A stretch of 62,019 nucleotides of DNA, filler included, from Platydemus manokwari (Eukaryota): assembly GCA_037951405.1 (NCBI GenBank). It is 6 parts of 6 records of this genome, joined end to end, with 100 filler letters (N's around TTAATTAATTAA, not from the genome) between each part and the next. Parts side by side here need not be neighbours in the genome. Positions count along the whole stretch, not along the records: positions 53,077 to 62,019 come from JBBMOY011325095.1; 5 more parts are not named here. One strand, 5' to 3'. Positions 53,077 through 62,019 of the stretch are shown in pieces. Position 1 is the stretch's first letter. Every line of letters starts with the position of its first letter. The notes below the pieces were generated by a model. It worked only from the letters and a program-made list of their open reading frames with translations, searched no databases and was not told where the DNA came from. The position numbers were made by a program, and so were the translations under genes.

Positions 53077-53525
53077 TTATCTCTGAACATTGGTAGTCTA
53101 ATTCTGTGGCTCACAGATTGATGTGTTCCACCTTGTTGACCTTGCTGCATTCTTCTATCACCACCGTCACCTTGAGTTCCACTGTCTTTTATCTTTAGCT
53201 GCTCCATTTGCAGCTGTAATTCCAATTTCTTTATTTCATTCTCAGCCTTCAGCTTCTCTGCTTCTAATTGCATTCTCATTTGCATTTCCATTTTTATCTT
53301 CTCAAGTTCTCTGTCACCCGCTTCTTTTCTTTGTATCATCTCTCTTTCTTTTTCTTTCTCTCTTTGTAGTGCCTCCTTCTCTTTCTCTTTTTGTAGTGCC
53401 TCTTTCTCCTTCTGTAGAGCTTCTTTCTCTAAACTGTATTGCTGTTCTGACCACTTAATCAACTCGTCACCTGTCTTCCCCAGACTTGTCGCTGTTCTAA
53501 CCCATGCATCAAAAGCCTTTGCCAT
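53077..53525 (-). CDS. N-terminus of the gag-pol polyprotein (coiled-coil Gag region); continues at 62019
   Basis: MAKAFDAW.. with KEKEALQ repeats, ending in MQQGQQGGTHQSVSHRIRLPMFRD, identical to the start of the 57361-62016 ORF. Confidence 0.9.
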
Positions 53526-56410
53526 TTTGAATCACCACTGGATTTTTACAATGTAATGATATAGAGTTAGTTCAGATCACTTATAATCACATTATCTTTT
53601 GTTCCACCAGCTGCTTATTGAAAAATTATATCACCCAACTCCTCTAGTCTCTGTAATAAGTTCCTTGACTTGGCTTATTATAGCTGTTTACCTGGCTGAA
53701 AAATTATCTGCTGTTTAAACAACCTGTAAATGTATCATTAAATAAATTCATACATCACAATGTACAATATTGAAACAGATAATACATATCTTATAATGTT
53801 CCAAGTGTGAATGAGGTTTCTCCAGCCAGTAGGGACCTGACTGATTTAGCCTCCAGCCAGCAATCACCTTGATGCAAACCCAGATATCTGAAAGTTAACC
53901 TGGATTACTTGATTTGGAGCTAGGATTTGGACCAGCTCTTTAGCAGATGAACCACTGGAAAAATAAAACAGTTGAATGTGCTGCTCTTTACTTGCAAGCA
54001 TATAACAGTACAAGCCCTGACGAGAAGTAGTCTTCGAAGAAGGACTCGATAGATGCAAAACCCACAGAATTATGAAGAATTCAGGCCTTGAACAAATCCA
54101 GTTATCCAAACTTGAAATTGTATTTCCACCTAATAATACTGAAGAATTATTCCCACATGCCTGTTAAATCGTAAGCACTTCACATTTATATTCACTGTTA
54201 TGCTGTAGAATATATGCCTTTTGGATGATATCCTAGTTTTACACCAATCCTTATGAATATTGTACGAAGACCATGTTGAATCCTGAGTTGCTTTCGTATA
54301 TAATTTGATTCTTCAATGATGAAATTCAGAATGATATTCCTATATTCACTGTTATTTATTCCAATCAGTCATATGGCTGTGTTTCCTTTGTTTACCGAAG
54401 GAATGACTTGAATGTAAAGTCCATTTGAAGCTCGATGATAATGCTAAATTGCAGAATACTCTCCCAAAAACAGCTGTTTAGCCAGTAGTACGTTGAAAAG
54501 TCGAGGTTAGCCAGTTGTAATGGTATGATGTGTTGTTGTTGATGTAATGTTGACGAATGATGAACCCCCAATATTGTAATGTTTATAAGGGGGATAGATA
54601 GTGTGCGATATTATGTTGTTGAAGTTGTGTTGACTTCCGATGACAGCTCCCACTGTTATTGTCCACATCACCCGATGACCACCCAATAATAGTATATCTT
54701 TGAAGAAGGAACCAACCCTCAGTAGAATGATAGTTACTAGATCAGCCACCAGGCATGGACACTATAAGTCAATGAAATCAACACCCAACTTTGGCCTTCA
54801 CTAAGATGAGGCCTTTGCACTAAATGTCAGCCCAATATTTCTAGGTCGCCATTAATGATAATCTCCCAGTTCACCACCATCAACACCCATAATTATAAAT
54901 TCTCGTCGCCTTGAATTGTTGTAGTTTGGCCTTGATAAAGCTTTGCGAAGTTCGTCAACGCTACTGACTACTAAGCTGAAGATTGTCTCTGTTCTGATAG
55001 AATCTCAGATAGCTTCAGGAATACTTTAAAGATATGTAATCATCAGTTCAGTTGGAATAGATCACAGTTCATCAGCACATTGAGAACAGATTATTATAAA
55101 GTTCAAAGTTGTAGTCTTCACGACCTCAAAAGAGATTCCAGTCTAGAAATCTAGCCCCAAGGCCTCTTTGCTGAAGTGCTCAAGACAGTTGTTATTCAGA
55201 ACACTTGAACAGTAAAGATGAAGCTATCTCTGCCTGATTTTCCCTTTGGGAACTCCGAATAATTTAAAGTCAGACTACTTGAAAGTCTTAGAACATTGAA
55301 GAAGAATTAAAGTCTATCACTTCAATGATATCTTCCAGACCCCTATGCTCCAGCTAATTCAGTGTAAAGTATATCTGTTCACCCAAGCTCACCTTGCTGG
55401 TATGCTCATCTTAATCTGCTTCTTAAATACTGGATACTCAGTTATTTCACCTCTGCAGAACTCTCTTCACCGTTGCACCTTAGTTATTAGATTATTCTTC
55501 TTCTGGCACCAAACTCCCACCATTTGACAATTTCTCATTTATATTCTTTTTCTCTCTTGAATTTTCAGTGTTGATCCTCAGGAACTCTTTATCACTTAGT
55601 GTTGATCATCTGGAACTCTTTTATTACTTTGCCAACTCTGTCCACCATTAGCATCATTGCATCCACTTGTCATTAACTGAAAAACCATCCACCATCTCTT
55701 CTAATCCTCAAGTTAACTCCTAATAATTGTCTTAATATATCCAACATAAATTATTGCACTAGGAAAGCTCGGGAACAATTTAAAAGTTTTAATACTTGAA
55801 CTTAGAAATTCTGGCTCCAAGAGCTGAACAACAGCACATAGTTTGGCGATACGAATAAATGATTTTCTCACAAGTTCCACAGGCAATGAACACAAACAGT
55901 TACTTACATAGGCGATTGATGAGTATGAAAAACTAGTCACTCATAGCTAATAAAACATTGTCTATGACTTCACCCGCTCACTTCTACTCACCACTCATCT
56001 ATTATGTTCACCTCTTTTTGTGCCACTTCTACTCATATTCTTTAAATTCACTTTACTCTCTCCGACCGTGCAGTTTCCTCTCCTTTGCACGTATTTCCAG
56101 TTCTCCTGACTCCTGGACTCCAATATGTCTCCACACAAATAAAAAAACCCTTATCCTGGGTTGCTCCTCTGCTCCTTGCAGGTACACCTTTATCTTCTGC
56201 AATCTTGCAGATGAATAATCTCCACCGAACTCTTGGCTTTCCCTTTTTCCTCCTGGGATTCTGCCGACATAATACTCCTGCTTTACTCTCCCACACAAGC
56301 TGCTTTAAGGCGTCGGGCACTTCACGACAGTTCCTACCTGTCACTTGACAACTCCTACCTAACCTACCACACCGTACAACAAATCCTACCCACACTAGTA
56401 CACTGACATC

Positions 56411-56427
56411 TCCTATCCACTGCTCCA
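56411..56427 (-). promoter_or_regulatory. Primer binding site (tRNA-Ser-like)
   Basis: TGGAGCAGTGGATAGGA one base after the LTR end; resembles the TGGCGCAG..TAGGA Ser-tRNA PBS with a mismatch. Confidence 0.65.
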
Positions 56428-56428
56428 A

Positions 56429-56687
56429 TGTGACTCCTCCAGACATGGCTGCGACTATCCCTTATGAAGGCTTCTTCACGTCTGCTTCTTTCGCGGGGAT
56501 TCAAACTCAAAGATCCCTGGGGATGACGTAAGGCTGTTTGAGCCAAACTACTGGTTAACTTTTCCCCGGGACCCAGCGTCTCTTTGCATCACGGCTATTT
56601 TTAGCCTGTATGCGTTTTTTGCGTGGTGTTCAGCCACGGTTCAATTTGGTGTACTTTGTACACCCGGACCTGACTTGTGGCATCACA
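56429..56687 (-). repeat. 259-bp LTR
   Basis: TGTGA..TCACA inverted termini, bracketed by the PPT and the PBS. Confidence 0.85.
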
Positions 56688-56688
56688 A

Positions 56689-56702
56689 CTCCCCCCTTCC
56701 TC
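56689..56702 (-). promoter_or_regulatory. Polypurine tract
   Basis: GAGGAAGGGGGGAG immediately 5' of the LTR. Confidence 0.85.
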
Positions 56703-57360
56703 GGTTTTTAAATTTACAAATCGTCAGATTTTGTAAATTTACCGTTCGGGTATGTGTGGCCATCAGAATCCATGTATATCAACCTAAGGTTGAAATTTAT
56801 TCATTTTCATGTAACACCATTATTCTACCATATAATACATGATTATATACACATATGCATTATAAATGGTTATGAACATATTATTAGATTAAGATGATAC
56901 TAAGACTAATGATCATCGTAATGAAATATGTTGGGTGACACATGTCAGGTAATTTTTTTCCCATCATTTTCAAATTATTACATTTTTTTTTTCATCATGT
57001 CTCTTTTTTTTTTTTCACATTAATAATATAAAGAGAATTTTATTATTAACTTTCACTCGTCTTTCATGCTTCAATACTTGTTTGTGGCACAAGTATTTTC
57101 CTTAAGAATGTATGGGCTTCAATAGTCTGCTTGTCCCAGTACACCCATCTCATATGGATCAGAACAGACTCCTGCTCGACATAAGCCCTGGATCAAGGTT
57201 AGCCCAGGAAAACACTCCTAGTTTGTACCATGACCCTGATAGAAAAAGATCAATGTGAGTGATCTGTGTGCTTATCTATATACATAAACATCATAAGTAA
57301 GTCATGTCAATAATGAACCGTCACCCAATTCTGTATATTATGATTTAGACAGTACAGAAT

Positions 57361-60300
57361 TTAAGTTCTTGACAAAAAGTCAGCTAATATGTTTTGAGCA
57401 CCAGGAATAGCTTTGACTGTAAAAGAATACTCCTGTAGTATCAATAGCCATCTCATGAGTCTGGCATTAAGGACGTTTTTAGTTGTAAGATACATGATAG
57501 GCTTGTGGTCTACCAATACTTGAAATGGTTTTCCCAACAGAAATCTCTGGAATTTTTGAATACCATTCAGAAGAGCCAATACTTCCCTCTCTATACAACT
57601 GTAACGACATTCCGTTGGTGTTAGTTTTCTAGAACCATATAGAACTGGCAATAATGTGCCTTGGTGTTCTTGTTGTAAAACGTAACCAAGTGCTGTTGAG
57701 GAAGCGTCAGTTGACAATACGAAAGTATTGTTAAGATTTGGAGCTCTAAGAATGGGTGGCGAAGAGAAGATTTCCTTGATTTTCTTTAAAACCTTATCAT
57801 GTTTGTCAGTCCACATAATTTTTCTACCTGTACTTTGCTTTAGCAGTTCAGACAGTGGAGATACAATATCAGCAAAATTCTGAATGTAATGTCCATAAAA
57901 GTTCAGTAACCCCAATATCTGTCTGATTTGTCTCTTTGTCTGAGGTATTCTAATTTGTAGAATTTTGTTAATGTTGCATGGTTCTGGTCTGATTAAACCA
58001 TGACCAACTGTATGACCCAAAAATGATAAACAGTCAAAAGCGATTTCCACTTTTGAAGGTTTAGCTGTGAGTCCATTTGTTTGCAAAATGTTCAAAACAC
58101 ATTCCAAATTTACAACATGATCAGCAAAAGATTGGTTGTATAACAGAATGTCATCGTAATAATGCACCACATTCTTCTGTCCCTTGAATAGACTTCTCAT
58201 AAGTCTAACAAATGTAATTGGAGCATTAGAAAGCCCAAAAGGCAAGCGTAAGAAATGGTATACATTGTCAGACGTTGCAAAGGCAGTAAGTTTTCTTGAA
58301 TCTTTGTGTAAGGGCACTTGATAGTAACCTTTAGTAAGGTCTAATTTAGAGAAATATTTTGCATCAGCAACCTGAGATAATAACTCCTGTGCATTAGGCA
58401 TAGGAAATTTGTCAGGTTTTGTGACAGAATTCAGTCTTCTGTAATCTATGCATAATCTCAGGGAATTGTCCTTTTTCTTGACAATTAAAAGTTGAGAGGA
58501 GAACTCTGCCTCAGACTCCTCTATGATGCCCATCTTTAGCATGTCTTTCACTTCCTGATCTACTTGTTGTCTAAGATGGAAAGGAATAGGAAACAACCTT
58601 TGAGACATGGGTAACTCCGAAGTAAGAGTAATTTTGTGTTCTATTTTGGAAGTTACACCAGGAATGTCTGAAAAGACTTGTTTGAACCTGTTCAAGCACT
58701 CTTTAATCACCTCTACCTGATAGGACTCCAGATGCTCAGAAATCTTGACATCCAGATAGTTTTCTTTCTGAGACAAAGATGGGTAAACTATGTCTTGTAT
58801 CCCATCAGTTCTATTTTCATTGTCTTCAAAAGTAGACAAGACAGCAGAAAAAGATACATTTTCTTTATCATTGTGAACCTTGTCTTCAACTGACCATTCA
58901 GGTCTTCTTTCCTGATACTGCTTCAACATGTTAATGTGTAAGATTTTATTGTTATTGTTAATTCTAACAATGTAGTCCACCTTGGATATTCTTTTGTCCA
59001 CAATGTATGGACCTCTCCAAGAACAAATAAGCTTGTTTTCTTTTTCTGGTAACATGACAAGAACCTTGTCTCCTGGCTTTAATTCTCTCATTTTACTCTT
59101 TACATTAGCATACATTCTTTGTTTTGCTCCAGCCTCTTTTAATGCCTCTGATGCCCACTGGCAAGATTTGATTATCCTCTCCCTCAATTGAAGTACATAT
59201 GTGTATGCCTCTATTTTTTTTTCATCTTCACCTTTCTTTTTAATGAGGTCAGCATATAAACTCAATGGACCATTAGGATTACCCCCAAACATCAACTGAA
59301 ATGGCGACATGCCCGTACTTTCGTGTGCCACCTCTCTAAGGGCGAAAAGTGCAGGTTGTAGAAAGATGTCCCATTTTTCTGGGTAATCTACTGTTATCTT
59401 CCCTAAAAGTGTCTTAAGTACACCGTTTAACTTTTCGCAAAGTCCATTTGATTGTGCGTGATAGATGGAACAAAAGTGTTGTTCTATCCCCAGCATCTCT
59501 GTTACCTGTTTAGTAATCTGGGACACAAATTGTGGCCCATTGTCTGATAGTATAGATTCAGGGAATCCAAACCTAGAAAAAATGTCCAAGAGAGCCTCAC
59601 ATATACTTTCTGCGTCAATTTTTGCTAAGGCCTTGGCCTCAGGCCACCTTGTTGCAAAATCAATCACTGTGAGGATATATTTGTTTCCTTTATCAGAGGT
59701 CACCGGTAAGGGACCTATGATGTCCATAGAAATCCTTTGAAAAGGAATAGCAGTTATATACCCTGTCTGTACAGGTGCATGAGGAATGGCACCTCTCTTT
59801 GCCAATTTCTGACAAATATGGCAACTACTAATATACTCCCTGATATCCCTGGTCATACCAGGCCAAAAGAATTGTTTTTTAATTCTGTTGGTGGTTTTCT
59901 TAACACCCAGGTGTGCAGATAATGGTATGTCATGAGCCAATCTTAATACTTTCAACCTGTGGCTCTTTGGTAAGACAATCTGTTTATAAGATGTGAAAGA
60001 GTCATGAAATATTCTATAAAGAATATTGTTATTGAGAGAAAATTGAACAGTACCTCTCCTGCATAACCTGCAACCGTCTTTAATTTTTTTAAAACACCCA
60101 GATAGTGTTTTATCAGATGCTTGCTCCTCAGCAAGTGAAATTTCACCTTTCTGAACATTCTGTTCATCCAATGTATTCATATTTTGGTTGGTATTTGTAC
60201 CATTTATTGGCTTATCAGTAGACTGAGTGGTATTTACTTTTTGAGAATCATCACCATTGTTGGTTTGGTCTACTGTGCCAGTTTCTGTCAGTTGTGCATC

Positions 60301-62019
60301 ATTTTGCACTACTGAATCTTTTGATTCAACACTCTTTTTCTTTGCCATTGCTCTTGTTGAAACAAGATTTGCTTGAGTATCATTCTTTTTAACAAATCCG
60401 TATTTGAGATCCCACTCTTGTATTTCCTGGTCTGTAGGATTTTTCACTTTGGGCAAGTTACCTATCACCAATTCGCAAATAGAAGAGGGTAATATAAGAG
60501 CCTGAAACGTCCCCTCCAAAAATGGCGTCTTAACATGTATAGTGGCAAGATTAAAATATTCGATTTTGCCACCGAATGTAATACATTGAACTTTTTCTTT
60601 GGAGATCTGGTTTTGTGGCACCAAATCCCTACTCACACCCAAAATGCTGGCACCTGTATCTCTTAAAATTCGAACCGGGTGGTTATTTACCAGTCCATTG
60701 TGGAAGAACAGTGATCCCCTACTGTCCTCCTGTAACATGACAACATTTAACCCTTCTCCACACTTCAAAGTAATATCCTGAGACACCTTGCTCTCCTTTG
60801 ATTCATTACTTCTTTGCATTTCTGTTGCACCATCATCACCATTATTTTCTTTAGCCTTCACCTCATCTGCATGGCTCATTATTTTTTCATGATTTGAACA
60901 GTAACTCTTATTTCTCCCATGACAAGATAAATCATTACTTCTCCACCTCTTTCCTCTACTGATATCTGCACCATACTCATTATTCTGAGTCAACTCATTG
61001 CTATGCATCAACAGATTTGCTGTTACTGGTTGTGTATCTCTTTGATTAACATTGCACCTCTGAGAAGCATTTGCAACATTTGCATATCTACTTCTTGTAA
61101 AATGACCTTGAGGTTGGTGGTAAGCATTTTGTTTTTGGTTCCAGCTTCCCCAATTCCTTTGTGGTCTCCACATTTTCCCTTGATAATTCATTCTTCCATT
61201 GTAGCCATTATTTCCATAGTTTCTGCCTCCATTCCACACATTTTCTCTGATCCTTCTTTCATATTGACCTGTAAATTGTCTGTTGCCTTGAAAGTTCCTT
61301 TTACTCTTATAGATTCCATTACTGTGAAATCCAGAACCTTCACCTTCTTTATACTTTTGTTGGCTTTGAATACTGGACTTATTTTGAATCCTTTGATTGC
61401 TGTTACTCAGTTTGGCTGAAAATGCCACATTTCTATCCAGCTCTGTTGTGACACATTTACCCAATGGTATTTGAGGGTGTGCCTCACAAAAGTCTGAAGT
61501 CATTGTGATGAGAGCCTTGAGATCCTTTGGTTTGTTTTGAATTATGTTACTGTATATCTTACTGTTCACAGATTCCAGTATTTTGCTAATTAGGATCTGC
61601 TGTTTCAGAGATTCAAAGTCCCATTGTATTCCTGTAGCAGTTATCCACTTTGTAAAAAGTCTCTCCAAATTTGAGACGTATTCCAGGAAAGTCTGTTTAT
61701 TTGTGGGAATGCAATCCACAAACTTTCTTCTGTTATTTTCTGTTGTAACCTTATATTTGGCAAGAAGTGCCTCTTTGACTTTCTCATAAGATTTTCTGTC
61801 TTCCTGGTTTAATGCACACACCACTGTCAGTGCCTCACCTGTCAAAAACTCTGTTAACTTAGTTGCATAAAACCTTTTCTCCAGGCCCTCCATTATACAA
61901 ATTTCTTCATACCTGTCCAGAAATTCCTCTATGCCATCCACATTATCTCTGAACATTGGTAGTCTAATTCTGTGGCTCACAGATTGATGTGTTCCACCTT
62001 GTTGACCTTGCTGCATTCT
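57361..62019 (-). CDS. Gag(SCAN-like capsid)-protease-integrase-reverse transcriptase-RNase H polyprotein (1676 aa when joined to 53525-53154)
   Basis: Open frame with LRDTGAS (protease), HDIPLSAHLG..CHIC (integrase zinc finger), MDIIGP/SDNG/SNGLCE (DDE), WRGPY, LPFGLSNAP and YYDD (RT), TDAS..IERE..DHKP..ADFLSR (RNase H). Confidence 0.96.
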   Translation of the reverse strand, partial: RMQQGQQGGTHQSVSHRIRLPMFRDNVDGIEEFLDRYEEICIMEGLEKRFYATKLTEFLTGEALTVVCALNQEDRKSYEKVKEALLAKYKVTTENNRRKFVDCIPTNKQTFLEYVSNLERLFTKWITATGIQWDFESLKQQILISKILESVNSKIYSNIIQNKPKDLKALITMTSDFCEAHPQIPLGKCVTTELDRNVAFSAKLSNSNQRIQNKSSIQSQQKYKEGEGSGFHSNGIYKSKRNFQGNRQFTGQYERRIRENVWNGGRNYGNNGYNGRMNYQGKMWRPQRNWGSWNQKQNAYHQPQGHFTRSRYANVANASQRCNVNQRDTQPVTANLLMHSNELTQNNEYGADISRGKRWRSNDLSCHGRNKSYCSNHEKIMSHADEVKAKENNGDDGATEMQRSNESKESKVSQDITLKCGEGLNVVMLQEDSRGSLFFHNGLVNNHPVRILRDTGASILGVSRDLVPQNQISKEKVQCITFGGKIEYFNLATIHVKTPFLEGTFQALILPSSICELVIGNLPKVKNPTDQEIQEWDLKYGFVKKNDTQANLVSTRAMAKKKSVESKDSVVQNDAQLTETGTVDQTNNGDDSQKVNTTQSTDKPINGTNTNQNMNTLDEQNVQKGEISLAEEQASDKTLSGCFKKIKDGCRLCRRGTVQFSLNNNILYRIFHDSFTSYKQIVLPKSHRLKVLRLAHDIPLSAHLGVKKTTNRIKKQFFWPGMTRDIREYISSCHICQKLAKRGAIPHAPVQTGYITAIPFQRISMDIIGPLPVTSDKGNKYILTVIDFATRWPEAKALAKIDAESICEALLDIFSRFGFPESILSDNGPQFVSQITKQVTEMLGIEQHFCSIYHAQSNGLCEKLNGVLKTLLGKITVDYPEKWDIFLQPALFALREVAHESTGMSPFQLMFGGNPNGPLSLYADLIKKKGEDEKKIEAYTYVLQLRERIIKSCQWASEALKEAGAKQRMYANVKSKMRELKPGDKVLVMLPEKENKLICSWRGPYIVDKRISKVDYIVRINNNNKILHINMLKQYQERRPEWSVEDKVHNDKENVSFSAVLSTFEDNENRTDGIQDIVYPSLSQKENYLDVKISEHLESYQVEVIKECLNRFKQVFSDIPGVTSKIEHKITLTSELPMSQRLFPIPFHLRQQVDQEVKDMLKMGIIEESEAEFSSQLLIVKKKDNSLRLCIDYRRLNSVTKPDKFPMPNAQELLSQVADAKYFSKLDLTKGYYQVPLHKDSRKLTAFATSDNVYHFLRLPFGLSNAPITFVRLMRSLFKGQKNVVHYYDDILLYNQSFADHVVNLECVLNILQTNGLTAKPSKVEIAFDCLSFLGHTVGHGLIRPEPCNINKILQIRIPQTKRQIRQILGLLNFYGHYIQNFADIVSPLSELLKQSTGRKIMWTDKHDKVLKKIKEIFSSPPILRAPNLNNTFVLSTDASSTALGYVLQQEHQGTLLPVLYGSRKLTPTECRYSCIEREVLALLNGIQKFQRFLLGKPFQVLVDHKPIMYLTTKNVLNARLMRWLLILQEYSFTVKAIPGAQNILADFLSRT

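Larger units (their letters stand above)
53077..62019 (-). mobile_element. Complete Gmr1-type Ty3/Gypsy LTR retrotransposon, circularly permuted (8866-bp unit)
   Basis: 53077-53153 is identical to 61943-62019; single LTR, PBS, PPT and uninterrupted polyprotein with PR-IN-RT-RH order. Confidence 0.93.

Noticed and set aside
54010-54050. CTGACGA-GAAG/TAGT/CTTC-GAAG hammerhead-like core in the Gmr1 leader (antisense)
   Set aside because: GAAG instead of GAAA and no convincing stems I/III; likely chance.
58678-61789. Plus-strand ORFs of 60-138 aa opposite the polyprotein
   Set aside because: Antisense shadows of a long coding frame; no motifs.

Overview
Six unrelated, AT-rich eukaryotic contigs joined by artificial 100-nt linkers (N44-TTAATTAATTAA-N44 at 10250, 21358, 33738, 43955, 52977), so adjacency across linkers has no biological meaning. 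Genes have mostly 42-62 nt GT-AG introns, suggesting a compact-intron invertebrate; a planarian-like flatworm is my guess, not established. Host genes, modelled by hand because the ORF track splits them: a cluster of three secreted F-type lectin + PAN/Apple genes (one intact, two broken), the 5' ten exons of an ABCC1/MRP1-like transporter, and a 6-exon emerin-like LEM-domain membrane protein. The rest is transposon-rich: decayed Ty3/Gypsy copies, two ~0.55-kb TRIM-like mini LTR elements with exact 5-bp TSDs, mariners, a Penelope relic with a decayed hammerhead ribozyme, and a NeSL/R2-type RLE fragment. The last contig (53077-62019) is a complete Gmr1-type LTR retrotransposon assembled as a circle with a 77-nt terminal overlap. 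It has one 259-bp LTR, a PBS, a PPT, an intact 1676-aa gag-PR-IN-RT-RH ORF, an unusually long ~2.9-kb 5' leader and no canonical Gag zinc knuckle. All family assignments come from motif recognition by eye; no searches were run.
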